This document shows positions 33,923 through 46,811 of a stretch of 64,000 nucleotides of DNA, one piece after another (position 1 is the first letter of the stretch; every line of letters begins with the position of its first letter). Origin of the DNA: Marsupella aquatica. Taxonomy: Eukaryota > Plantae > Marchantiophyta. The translations under genes and the position numbers were made by a program. The notes beneath the pieces are model-generated. The model did no database searches, had not been told where the DNA came from, and saw only the letters and a program-made list of their open reading frames with translations. The DNA is taken from contig OZ316898.1 of NCBI GenBank assembly GCA_973895155.1, positions 18,301,292-18,365,291 of the forward strand, in the 5' to 3' direction.

Positions 33923-34981
33923 ATGGAAGAAATGCAAGAGAACTTCCAGTATTTGCCCAAGCAAATAGTGGGGATTGATCACATCTTGGAGGAAGTCAAA
34001 AACAAGCTTCAGGAGGCGACTACCTTGGGTCTGGTGGGCATGGGAGGGATTGGGAAGACTACACTTGCCAAGGCCTTATTCAATACCTTGCAGCGACATT
34101 TCGAATTTACTTTCTTCCTTGAGAACGTGAGTAACATCAGAGATTGGGTTGCGGATGCCATGCAGCAGATAATTACGGGGAAGCAGTTTGCAGGGACTGA
34201 AGATCTGGTGAGATTCTTGCGAGGAAAACGATTGTTACTGGTAATAGATGATGCGATTTCAGATCTTGATATACTGCCAACCTTGATCGATGTTGTTCAC
34301 CAAGACAGTAGGTTCATTGTAACGTCCAGAGACCCCGAACTGTTATCTCTTACGAACGTTCTCGATGAAATCTATCATGTTCCATTCCTAAGCCCACAAA
34401 ACTCGGAACTACTGTTCACGACCTACGCTTTTGGGGAAGACGAAACAATTCCTCCTCCAATGCAAACATATGTAGACATGGTTGTGGAGAAGTACGAAGG
34501 CTTGCCCCTGTCTTTAGAAGTCATAGGCAAGTACCTCCGGCGTCAACCTGAATCGATTTGGGTTGAAGCTATAAAGGTCCTGGACAGGGAGAAGAACGTG
34601 GCCGGCTTGAATGATAAATTGTGGGCGAAGCTAAGGCTGAGTTATGATGGACTGGACGAAATTGAGCAGAACATGTTTCTCGATGCTGCAACAATATTCT
34701 ACAATGAGGACATAGTGAATGCAAATGCAGTCTGGAGCATCACCATGAATGGATACGAACACATGCCCTGGCAACATCTGCTGGACTTGTCGTTGGTGAG
34801 GGAATTGAAATTGAAGTATCTCAGCAAATGCAATGTACGAGTTGGCATGCATGAGGTGCTTACGGGGCTCGGGAGGAAGATAGCTTCGACTCTTCCTGCG
34901 GAACATGGCATCAGGATATGGGATAAAGACGTTGCAATGTCCCTGTTGACAAGAAAGAACTCCAGTGAGGATGATGTGAAG
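33923..34981 (+). CDS. NB-ARC domain exon of an NLR
   Basis: P-loop GMGGIGKTTLA, kinase-2 LLLVIDD, RNBS-B SRFIVTSRD, GLPL, RNBS-D MFLDAATIF, MHE in place of MHD. Confidence 0.92.
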
Positions 34982-35458
34982 GTGATTATTCTGGCCCTCA
35001 AGTTTGAGAATGGTTTACAAGTACAGTACAGGGTTGTGCATTCAGTTTGCTCGTCAAACGTATTGAGTCTCCCTAATTCATTCATTCCTAGCCTACAGAA
35101 CGATTCATGTGGCAAGGTCCACTCTGACACTGACACTAAAGAGCTAGAAGCGGCACCTCGGTTGTTTGGATTTTCAGGACATTGTTGCTTTGAAACTGGA
35201 TTACGATCACAGAGAGGAGATCATCAGCGGAGATGAGACGGTGAGATGCCTAAGCTTAATTTGGAGCGACGTGACTCATTTCCGTCAGTATTGTTAATGT
35301 GCTGTCGTTGAACCCTGACTCGAAGCCAATGCCACACCTTCATCCCAATCACCACCACCTGTGGCTAGATGTACCTCTAAAAATTCATTTGAAACCTCTC
35401 CTCTCCATGTAGCTACCTTAGGGACTAATCTGTTGGTGCTATGGATGTGCTTCAGCAG

Positions 35459-36715
35459 GTCATGGCCAATACACGGCTCAACGTTGTGGGCAGCACTCTG
35501 TACAGAATGAGAAAACTGCGGTACTTGTCGTTGCGAAACATAAACATTGATGATGGTGTCACATTGCCGTCCACCCTTCTTTACCTTTCGTTGGACGGTG
35601 TAAACTTCAGTGATCTCGTTTTCGATCCAAGCAACTATTACCAAATGGCTGTTCTGAGTCTGGTTAACTGTACTGGACTTCGAAATCTACCCACTATGTT
35701 TGGCGAACTCTATTCTCTTCAGGTGCTATCTATTTGTAAGAATGCTGATTTGGAGAGCTTGCCTGATTCGTTCGGGAATTTACATGAACTAAAACATCTG
35801 ACGATTGAAGAGTGCATGGCTTTAGGGGAGCTCCCGGAGTCAATTGGCGGTCTGATAGGTTTAAGAAGCTTGAAGCTGAAGGAGTGTCATGCTCACTTGC
35901 CAGATTCATTGTGGTACCTACCGAGGCTCAGCACGTTGGAAATCGTTGACTGCTCTCTTCGTGAGCTCCCAGACACGATTGGCGATTCAATGTTTCGTTT
36001 AGAAACTTTAAGACTGAGAGACTGCAGTGCTCTGTCAGTCTTGCCAGATTCTTTTGGGAGGCTCCGGACGCTTCATACGTTGGAAATGGTGCACTGCTCT
36101 CTTCGTGAGCTGCCTGATACATTTGGCAAGTTAGTAACTTTAGAAAGTTTAAGTCTTCGTGACTGCACTGCACTGTCCGTCTTGCCGGATTCGTTTGGGG
36201 GCTTAGTGGGGCTTAAGACGTTGGAAATAGGGAACTGCTCTCTTCATCAGCTACCAGAAACGTTTGGTGATTTGACAGCTCTAGAGAGTTTGAGCATTCG
36301 TGAATGCAAAGCCCTGTCAGTCTTGCCTATTTCGTTTGGGAGCCTGCCAAAGCTTAGGAGGTTGGAAATTGTGGGATGTCATCATCTTCAACAGCTCCCG
36401 GATTCTTTCCTGGAACTAAAAACGCTGGAACACCTCAGCCTAAAGCAAACAACTTTGCAAAACATTCCCAACCTGGACAATCTAAAATCACTGAAAACTC
36501 TTGCATTAAGTTGGGTTCCAGAACCAAAACTGTCATGCCCAACATTACCGACTTGTTTAGGGGAAGTGATCACAGCAACGAGCTTTGATCAAAGAGACTT
36601 CACCTTCAGTGTCTTGGATGGAGAATTCATCTATAGCGGATTGCCTGACGTTGGGAATGGGGCTCCGCAGCAGAGTTGGAATTGCAGAACTGAGCTGAGA
36701 CGACGGAGGAGGTAA
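35459..36715 (+). CDS. Leucine-rich repeat exon of the NLR
   Basis: Many LxxLPDSFGxLxxLxxLxL repeats; phase-0 join AAG|GTGATT...CAG|GTC to the NB-ARC exon. Confidence 0.92.
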   Translation, partial: VMANTRLNVVGSTLYRMRKLRYLSLRNINIDDGVTLPSTLLYLSLDGVNFSDLVFDPSNYYQMAVLSLVNCTGLRNLPTMFGELYSLQVLSICKNADLESLPDSFGNLHELKHLTIEECMALGELPESIGGLIGLRSLKLKECHAHLPDSLWYLPRLSTLEIVDCSLRELPDTIGDSMFRLETLRLRDCSALSVLPDSFGRLRTLHTLEMVHCSLRELPDTFGKLVTLESLSLRDCTALSVLPDSFGGLVGLKTLEIGNCSLHQLPETFGDLTALESLSIRECKALSVLPISFGSLPKLRRLEIVGCHHLQQLPDSFLELKTLEHLSLKQTTLQNIPNLDNLKSLKTLALSWVPEPKLSCPTLPTCLGEVITATSFDQRDFTFSVLDGEFIYSGLPDVGNGAPQQSWNCRTELRRRRR

Positions 36716-38207
36716 ACGAGATTTTGATGTGCCGCTGTATTCGCTACCCTTGCCCATGGAGTATGGTTTTCCCAGCCTGAAACGGAGGCAACTACTATAC
36801 GGGCTTCCCGGGACGAGGGTTTCCCCAGAGAGTGGCTAGGCTGGCAGTGAAATTTTCGTCACGAATGGCACCTTGATGAGGCATGCCTTCACAAGTTTGG
36901 GTGGCCAAGCTTTCGGGTCCAGAGTGGGAAAGATCCCTTGGAGCTTTTCGAATGGAGGCCACGCACAAGAGAGTTTTGTACTTTGTTGGAATGGTTGCAT
37001 TCATGGTGGAGGTTGACTCCAACTGAGTAATCTTGGCGGGTTGTTGTTTCAGGTCCCGACACAGACTCATTAGTTGTTTCTGTGAGTTCTCCACCACTTC
37101 GAGGGAGAGAGGCAACTGCATTTAGATTTATCACCTTGCTATTGTTGTAAGCCTGACCGAGCTTCAAACACGGAGAATGCGAACCTCGAGACTGTATGAT
37201 GCGATTTGATGATCTTGTGGTTATCCGGTGACGATGTTGTGTTTTGTCATGAGTGTGGGTGGACAGCCTTCCACAGGAATTTGTTGCTTTTGGAGCTATA
37301 ATTTTACTCTGGATTGCAACTATCTACCGAGAACAGTGCAAGGGCACGTCAGATCGAGCGAATTCTAAGAAGATGTGCATTCCACTAAGTGCGCTTCTTG
37401 GGGGAGGATCGGAGGAAGCACCAACTAGTCACCATCACCGGCACACCCACTCGTATGAAGATGATTGCATTGCAGACTACATCTGCTGTCCCTGTAACTT
37501 TCTCTGCTATATACTTTTAGCCATTGACGAGTATCTCAGTTGCTGGGAGTTGTTGAATCTCAAAGCCCTTCGATCGCCACAAAATTCTTACCATGGTGGC
37601 TCTGCGAGTTCTCTTCCTGACAATCTTGATGGTTCAAGTAGTCGCCCAAGACTGCTGGCTTCCAGGTCTGCCCCGTCTCTATATGGACCTTTTTCTCCTC
37701 TCCCCTCCCGACTACTCAGCAGTTCCTCTTCGATGCGCCACGCTCCCGGATTATGCGAGATCGAGCGGCACTGCTGGGAATGCGAATGAAGACGACACGT
37801 TCTCTAGTCTCGTTGCAGAGACTGAAGCTCCGACACCCATTCCGCTGTATGTGAGGAGAAGATTGGTACAAGCTCTAGCAGGGAATTGCCATTACGGATC
37901 GACGATCTTTGTGGACATCTAACGACATCTTGGTCTAACGCCGGAGGTGGAGGTTTCCATCGATCATTCTGCAACTTCGAAGCAAGAACTCGTCACAGGA
38001 CTCAATTGGGCAGGCATACGAGGACCGGAGTCTTTTTTGTAAATACAATTGCTTTGCGAGTTCAAGTTTAAGGTACGTTCCGATTGCACTTTCTACAGGA
38101 CGCCAAGGCAAAACATCGGCCTGCGCACTAGAGCTCACCCAGGCGTCTCTGATTAAGGAATAATTTGGTTTGTGCTCGGTCTGGCCGGCAGATTCAGGGC
38201 AGTTGCG

Positions 38208-38550
38208 AGTTGGTGGTTGCACTCCATCCAGGAGCCGAAAATTGTGATTGAAATCATTTACTCCATCTTGTTCCTAAGCACTGAATGAAGCGAAACAATC
38301 TCCTCTGGTTCCCCCGAACATGAGAATCAAATGGGAGAGTTACGATTGGTGGTTGCACTCCATCCAGGAGCCGAAAATTGTGATTGAAATTATTTACTCC
38401 ATCTTGTTCCTAAGCACTGAATGAAGCGAAACAATCTCCTTTGGTTCCCCCGAACATGAGAATCAAATGGGAGAGTTACGATTGGTGGTTGCACTCATGT
38501 AGGAGCTGACGAATTGTGTTCGAGATGATATACACCATCTTGTTCCTAAC
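38208..38550. repeat. Tandem repeat, ~135-bp unit x2.5
   Basis: TTGGTGGTTGCACTC at ~38210, 38346, 38482. Confidence 0.85.
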
Positions 38551-38907
38551 CAAGTGACGTACATGTCTCCCGACTGTGGCTCACACGAACATAAAAACCA
38601 AATACAGACGTCTCACTTCCGTTGAGCAAAAGAGGAAGCTCCAATCTGCATTTTTGTTGGGGGCACTGGATTTCCCTTCGATTCCTTTGTTGGTACACAC
38701 AATTCTACATTCACATGCATCAGCAGACAAGTAGCTGGCATGCTTTTAACTCTGTACCTATGGTGGATTTGTACTTCATAAATTGAGAATTCCACAACTG
38801 GGCCGAAGTTTTCAAGAATTGTAAATACAAACCCCAGAAGCTCCACTCCGCCAGCCATAGCTGAGAGAGGTACCGTTGTTTGGTATCCGAATGTACGATA
38901 TTCGCAT

Positions 38908-39567
38908 GATCTTCAACTTCTCTACGTCCTCAAGCTCATTCTCGTGGTCCCTTTCCTTTTCTCCCTGTAAGTGCAAAATTTGTTATTGATCAGATAAGAG
39001 GTGTCAAGAATTAAATTTCTCCCAAAAATCTTAGCAATCATCTTATCCTAGTGCAGGTTCAAGCAATGGGCGGGGCGTTGCAAAAATAACTGAATCAGAC
39101 TCTACGGATCAATTACATAGACGGACCGAAGATTAGTAGAGGGTTGTTTGAAATTCGAGCCCCGTTTCGTAGTTTCTCAAGAAAGCAGACTAACGAAACT
39201 TTTGACTCGTTACTATCGTGTCCCCAGAAGTCACTCCAGTAATTAAGGATCATTCTAGAGCTGAGATGTACTTACGTTTTTTTTTTTTTTCGGACATTCC
39301 ATTCATACAGATGGAGGATCCCATCCTTAATTACAAATTCCTTACCTGCATGAGATTACGGGAAGCGAATTGCTCATGGTTGAGTAGTTGTCGATACCCG
39401 GCTATGGATCCTTCAAGTTCCGTCGTGTCTGGAGTCATCCTTCTCCCGTTATAATAATGCGTAGTCGCTGCATGGGTGGGAACCGCGTTGAGCTCGCTGA
39501 GGACTGTGCAGACCAGCAATCCGATCTGCAAGATGTTGTGGCCCGTTGAGCTCGCTAAACCCCTCAT
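38908..39567 (-). pseudogene. 3'-truncated GT34 gene copy (exon 1, intron, first ~57 bp of exon 2)
   Basis: Exon 1 39346-39567 nearly identical to 1804-2019; catalytic domain absent. Confidence 0.85.
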
Positions 39568-41449
39568 GTTGGGAGTTATCAAGTTCTCAGGCTTATTAGA
39601 TCGATCGATAGATGCTCAGAGCCTGCTCCAATCATGGATGTACAATGTCGATGTCAACAATTGCTCAGTTTGAACAGAGTTCTGAGGATTTGACTCAATA
39701 TTCTGGATTCCACATGCTACTCATGTTCGATCAACGATCTCCCATTGCATAAAACGTGGAAATTGTTCTATCGAATTCAATGGGTCTTGGTCACAATTGT
39801 CTAGTAAGGCTACTGAGCTCATGACCTCAAGAAGTCACTCTAGAACTCATCTGAAGCATGAAGCTCAGTGCAAGTGAGCTTGCGAATAGGTCTGCAAAAT
39901 CGCAATTGGGCGTCAGGCACTGTAATTAGACATTTTACTGGATCTCCATTTAAAGGCCACCGCATCCGTGAGCGAAAAGAAGCCTCTTGCTGCCATTTTG
40001 GTTGCGAGCTCCTCAATGACCGGTTTCTCATCACACACAGCAGTACGTTCAGAGATCCCACTGGATCCCGACATGATGGCCACGAAACACTTGTCAATGA
40101 CAGGTTTCCCATCCCAGTCAGCTGTACCTTCAGAGATCCTTTGGGTCTCGATGTGAGGGCCACAATGCTCGGGATCTAAGCTTCGCTGCTGTAAAGTTGT
40201 TTGCGCGCTGACTGCATGCCATGAAGTGATGCAGGGAAGCAAGCCACCAGACTCCTCTCACAGGCGCATGCAAAACATTTGTCAACCGATCAGTGAACAA
40301 CCCAAGAAGAAAAATTGAGACAGTGAAACAAATGAGTGCCATTTTGTTTGCTGTCTAAAATCAATGCTTGGCATGGAAGCAGTCCTCTAGTCTTTTCTAC
40401 GTACGGTACCAGGCAACTATTCGTCTTGAACAGCTGACAAACGAGTGAGTGAGTGCGATTGTCCTTCATCGATAAGAGTGAGTGAGATGAGCAACTTTTC
40501 ATCTTTGAAGAGCTGACAAACGAGTGAGTGAGCGCGATTGTCCTTCATCGATATGAGTGAGTGAGACGAGCACGTTGTGAGCTGTGAAAATCCAAAGTCG
40601 AAGAAAACCAAATGAGAACAATCCAAAGTCAAAGAAAACCAAATGAGAACAATCCAAAGTCGAAGAAAACCAAACGAGAACGTTGTGAGCTGTGGAAATT
40701 CGAAGTCAAAGAAAACCAAATGAGAACGTTGTGAGCTGTGGAAATTCGAAGTCAAAGAAAACCAAATGAGAACGTTGTGAGCTGTGAAAATCCAAAGTCA
40801 GAGCAGACCAGCATCTGCGGCACAGCTCTACAGTAGAGGTCCTTCACACTCTCATCACTTGGAATGTAGTCCTCGCTCAAGGGGATCGTCATAATTATGT
40901 GTCTCCCAGGTCGTGCGCGTTGCCTGGCTGCCATCCAATCCCAACCACGTGAGTAAAAACTTTTCCATGGAGTTGCTGTCTTGTTGACGAGTCCTCAGCA
41001 GTCCTTAGTTCGAACGTCCACACATCAAAAGCTTGAATCTCATCATCATATCATCAGTGTCACTTCCAAAACTTTTCACTTCATGACTTCATTGTGTTTT
41101 CTTTGTTTTTTCGTTTCCTTTGTTGTTGTGGAGGACTCCTTCTTTGTTTTTTTGTTCCTTTGTTGCTGTTGTGGAGTACTCCTTGGCTTTGCTGGACCTT
41201 TTTGGTCTTTCTTGGGGCCTTTTCCAGTTCCTCTTCCTTACCTCTTTATTTGGATTGATTTGTCTATGGACCCTGTCTCCCCGTCTGGGGTTGTTGTCCT
41301 TTGGCACTTTGATATACTTACTTGATGTGAAAATTAAGTAAGGGAGTTTGCATTTTAAGGAAGTGGGTGAATGGAAGCAACTAGGGACTAAGTCAGGAAG
41401 TAATTATTTTTAAAAAAGCCACATGTCATCAAACGCAAAGACAGCATTC

Positions 41450-42430
41450 ACAATAGCAAACCCATGATCATCTAATTGGGCATCTAATGCACAAGTAGCT
41501 GACATAAATAGATATAGGATTGAACACCTCAGCTGGGATTACATCCACATGAACACATGAGAGCTTTATTACACTCTAGGCACGTCAGCGATGCCTATAT
41601 ATCCCTCAACTACTCGGGGGTCTCACTATATGGATGTCTCCCCATCCCCTGCGACGTTTTTAGGCCTCAGACCCCCTAAAATGTAAGAAAAAAATAATTA
41701 TTTTTCAACCCCTATAAAGTTGGAATATTCTTGGAATATTCCAAAAATTTGGTTAGAAAGACCCTAATGTTCTTGTAAATCTCAAAATTGAATTTAAAGT
41801 ACCCTATTGTTCTTCTACAAAAATTCTTAAGTCTTCCCTTCAAACCAATAAATTGACCCTATACTTCGTCGCACGTGATGTGCCATTTTTGTGGAAGTGA
41901 AACGCCCGAGCTCAACTAGCTTCGTAACAATGAGCATGAGTTTCTTGTATCCAAGCAAACACTACTTTGGATACAATGTGTAACATGACTAACATATTAA
42001 CCAAGCCCATGGCTACGGTTAGCCTTACTATGGTTACAATCATGACCCTAGACTGGAGTCAAATGGGAGATTGTTAGGTATTTACAGTTAAGTCTAGGGT
42101 TATGAATGTAACCATAGTTAGGACTGACCCTAGTTTCAAACTAGATTAGGTTAGTGATGCTTCACACTATATCCCAAGCAGTGTTTAATTTGCTTGGATA
42201 GGAGGAACTGAGGCTTATTGTTACGGAGCTAGTTGAGAGATAGGGACTCGGATAGGGGACGTTGTATTGCAAAACTCGGTATGGCTGACGCACCTAGAGT
42301 GCAAAAAATCCGGGAGAATAGCTCTTGTATGTCTAGTGGACATCGGTAACACAATCAGTAACCCCAACTGAGGTGAACCACATATCTCTCCATGTTGACT
42401 ACTTGTGCATTGGATGATCATGGGCAATCA
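41450..42430. mobile_element. Old fold-back / long-inverted-repeat element
   Basis: Arms such as CTCAACTAGCTTCGTAACAAT / ATTGTTACGGAGCTAGTTGAG and CCCATGATCATC / GATGATCATGGG; right arm missing from copy A; boundaries approximate. Confidence 0.55.
41613..41910. mobile_element. MITE (same family as 22828-23121), 8-bp TSD CTCAACTA
   Basis: TIR CTCGGG...CCCGAG; empty site in copy A (~4958). Confidence 0.9.
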
Positions 42431-44683
42431 TGCTCTTGTGAATGTTATCTTTGATCAATATATTCATCATCCACCACATGTCAAAAGGTATGGGAGGTTT
42501 CATAATTTGAGCCTCCTATACCTTTGAAAGAGGTTGATTTAATATGGCATTTGCAAGGGTGTGCAACAATTCATAACCTTAATCTCCCAAGAGTATAGAA
42601 TTATGTCAATTAGAAAAGAAGTCCAGGCAAGAAAAAATCCAAGAGATAAATTGGCGAGGTGAAAAAAGAAATGTAAAGATGAGGAAAAGATGTTGGAGAG
42701 AACAAAAAAGTTGAGGGCCAAGGAAAGTTGTCATGGTGAGACATTGAAGATGTCAAGGTCAGGAAAAGATGCCTTGGCAAGATAAGAGAAAGATAAGATG
42801 TCCCCTCAGGAATCACTGGTTGGATTATTGGAATGGGGTGTGAACTAATGAATGTTATTTCTAATCTTGTCAGACTAATAATTATAATCACACATTTATA
42901 CTAAAAACAATTTAAAATTTCAATTTTGGTAAAAAATATATTTTATATATTCAACAAGGTATCTAAAGGTGTCATACACTAAAGGGTACAAGTGCTATAA
43001 TTTTTAATTGAATTTATTTTCTCAATTTTAATTGGTTTGTTCTCACGTGTTTTAGGGGTTTTTACACTAAGTAATTCCTAGATTAGATGTCAAAGTGAGA
43101 AAGATATCCAGGAGAGGCAAAAATATATAAGTTTTGCAATGTAGTTGTCACGGCATGTTATGTGTGATTCCGGTCATACAATTGTTATAGCCGTGTTGAA
43201 AGCATTGCAGATAGAAGTTTGGAAACGCTAGATAGTGACCACAGCATCATAGAGTCCAAACACAACCAGGTGATAAGAGTATAAATAGTTTATATTTTAT
43301 CCATATTCAAAGTCTTTTTTCCAATTTTTTAAATGTAAAAGTTTTAAATGTAAATTTAAATAATGTAAATAAATAATTTCATTATTATTTAGTTTTTATG
43401 TCAGGCAGGGTGCGGGCAAGCTAAAGGGAAATTTAGACAAATACTAATTTTAGATGAAGTATATGTTTAGATCAGACTCTCTAAAATATATCACATTGCC
43501 CAAGGGCAAAAATGGTCGGACCAGGAGATGATCCAAAAGGCAAAGCAACCCAATGAAGGGAAGGAAAAAAGGGAAAAGGGCCCCAAGAAGAACAAGCCAA
43601 GGGGTCTCCAACCAAAAGCTAACAAAGGAACAAATAACAAAAAGTAACCAACAAAGGGGCCAAGAAGGCAAACACCCTACTATGCGAAGAACTGAAAGGC
43701 CTGGTAGGGCTAGGAGTAAATTGCAAAAGAGGGTCATGAAGTGGAACCTGTTGGGAAGCCTTAAAACCAACTACCTCAGCCCTACAAAGGAGAGTGAAGG
43801 CCTGAGCATGCTGAAGAGCCGCAGACACCCGCTGCCCAAAAAGGACGGGGAGAACAGAAATTGGGAAAAAAGCCTCCTTTCACTACAAAAACTACACCAG
43901 CCCGGAGAAACTGATCTAAAGTAAGGTGGAGAGCACCAAAGATTTAATAATGTTGCACCAATTATTTAATAATGTTTCGATGGAAGATCAAGATTGAATT
44001 TTTTTTTAATTTTAAAAGTGACTATCCAACCTTTTGGTAGGAAAGTATTATAGTTGTTAGATGAAACCATTTGACGGTTTTGACGTTACTAGACATGATT
44101 GTCCATGATTGACAATTATCTCATGTGTTCTCACCTTTGCATTTGAGTGTCAATTTCAATAACCGGATGTGGAGGATGTCATGAATGCTGTACCTCCTCG
44201 AGTTTGCAGCTCCACGAATAAATATGTCAAAGTTCAGAAGGACATAAATAATCGCATCAAAGTGTCCAATGAAATATGCACTAGTCCAGAGAGGACTAGT
44301 CTAGTGGACATTTGTATGATGTCATCAAAGTTTTATCATGAACAGTAAATGTATATAAAAGGTTTTATAGAGGGAAGAATCTACTCATCCACTATTCATT
44401 TGACCTTTGATAGGCTACAGTAGGCCCTTCCAGAGAAGTCCAATAAAATGAGTCACTGTAGCCGTAGGTGCGCTTAGGGCGCTGGGTTTCATGATGGTGA
44501 GGCTCCTTCAATTGACACTCTAGTGACCCTAGCTAGTATGACAATTTATGGATTAAGCTGGTGAAGTAGACAGACTGATGAGGTCCTCAGAGAGTCCTCA
44601 GTTTAATGGCCATGGTGGAAAGCTTCTCCTACTGGTGAGGTTTGTGCGTTGTCCTTCTGTGTGGTTTAATTTTCCACACTTTA

Positions 44684-45088
44684 GAGCATCTCCAACAGTC
44701 AATGGGTTGGTCTTTAGTTTACTAGCGCTACCTTGATCAAACCCACTAAGCTTGAGCAAAAGAGACTATCCCAATGGGTTACCTTGAAATCTATTCAGTT
44801 GTGAGCTTATTGAGTTTTTTGGTTATTAGAACTGTATAAATGTTCTTGAGGATAAGGATCCAAGATCTAATAATTAGTATCGAGTGGTGCATATGTCCTG
44901 AGGTAGTAAAGTAACCGTTGCATTGCATTTTAGCATATAATCGCTGATGTATACACTAAGCTAAAAAGAGTAACTCGTTACACATTATTTAATGTATATA
45001 GTAAGGAACTAGAGTACTAAAAAAAGTAACTCCTCACACTATATTTGACGTGTATAGTGAGGAAATAGAGTACACCGTTGGAGATCTC
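44684..45088. mobile_element. Tourist/PIF-Harbinger-like MITE
   Basis: TIR GAGCATCTCCAAC / GTTGGAGATCTC flanked by TTA on both sides. Confidence 0.7.
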
Positions 45089-46811
45089 TTACTTTACCTT
45101 CCTTGACAACCGGCATTGATGAATTCGAACAATACCTAGTGACGTTTCTAGTCTGTGGAAGGTGGTGGAGGAAGGTGGTGGTCCCGTGTCCCGTGACCGT
45201 CATTCTGCACAGGTTGAAACTGTGTCACGAGAGCAGATTTGCCACCGTCCAATTTCCATGGGTGCAATCATGAAAAAAGTAGAGAGCCAAATTGTCTTCC
45301 GCTTTAAAGTCTGTTGGATCCTATCTACATTGCTCTAGAAGAATCATCTTTCGAGCTGCGTTCTCTCAGCCTCTTTGTCGTTGCCCGGGTCGTTGCCTCG
45401 CTTTTTACCTCCTCAGACTTTTATCTTTAAATCTGGAAGTCCTGTACAATCAAGTTCCTCATGAATTACCGTTGCTGTCGATCCTGGTCTGGTTTGCCAA
45501 TTGAGCTACAGTAGCTGTTCCACATAACGTCTAGCTTCTCGTTGCTGTCATGAAGTGTGTTCATTTTTTATTCAAGTTGTCATGATAAACGTACTGACAT
45601 GAACACTTTGACGAACAATCATTCATGCAATCATTCAATCAGATACCGGTATCGTGTGCGGAGAGTGAGGCAATGTTCAATGGTTTCTGAAGAGACATGC
45701 AATCACCGTACTCAACGTGCATCTTCCGCTAATATCTCAAGGGTCGGGAGCAAAAACTTTCAGAAATCAGAATTTGACACGCTAGTATTTCGAGTGAGGC
45801 TCCTCCCTAATCTTCCCTTTTCCAGGGTGTGCAAAGCAGAAGTTAGATGTCCTCAACTGACATGGAATTGAATGAGTAACGAAGAATGGCGTCACTCTAT
45901 ACACTTAGCTCTATCAAAATGACCTCTGGCTACTAACAAAAAATAATGATCCGCGCCAGCCTGCCAAGGGAAGCACTACTCGTCTAGGCAAAGTACCACT
46001 GTACATGAACTCCATGTCTTTTCAAGACCACCGAACGAAATTTTGTATTAATCAATGAGGGCACCACCAGTAACTTGAGCTTGCGAATTGAAGCACTTCT
46101 GGATGTCACAAGGCAATCCATGGCTCTTAGAATGATGATGTTGCACAAACATGACGCCGGCATATGACCTGGCGCACCACCAACATACCCTCAACAGTTC
46201 TTCAGAGTCTCAGGTGAAAATCCCTGACCATCACAACGATTATTTTCAATAATCATTCTACCTACTTAACGATCTAGAGACCGTAGCATGACAACGCAGA
46301 GGCTAAATGAATACGATCCGGTCGTCCTTCAAGAAATAAATTGAACTAATATGAATGTGATCCGAAAATGGACAGTTAAAGCTAGTCTCGATATCAATCG
46401 ACGACTTTAGCAATCAAACTTATTATTATGTCGAGTTGACACTTGACATGTGAAGCGAGTTGCCGATGCTTCAGCTTAAGAAGTACCTCGATCATTATGT
46501 CGCATGCCCAGTTGCCCAAACTCTGTAAAAGGGAACAGCACGCAGCCCCAACAAAATTGGCTGAAGTGTGACGTGCCCTAGCCCTGTATATCAATCAATT
46601 CACCAGTAATTTGGCGAGAACCGGCTGGTGGATTCGACTTCGTTGGCCTCCATCAATTATGTGTGACTCGTTTTAAAAGACAGTCCTGGAAACTCCTGTC
46701 GTCCTCTCGCTGCAAGATGTGCATGGATCGGATACTCCATTGATGAGGCCAAGCTTTTGGCTTTGGTTGAAAGCCACCACCCGGATGACTGAAATTTCCT
46801 CGAGAAAGCGT

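Larger units (their letters stand above)
38908..43363. repeat. Segmental duplication copy B (paralogous to 1378-5452)
   Basis: Starts abruptly at GATCTTCAACTTCTCTACG inside GT34 exon 2. Confidence 0.93.

Noticed and set aside
37253-37922. ORFs downstream of the LRR as an extra NLR exon or a Cys-rich membrane protein
   Set aside because: No phase-compatible splice into the long frame found and no recognisable domain.
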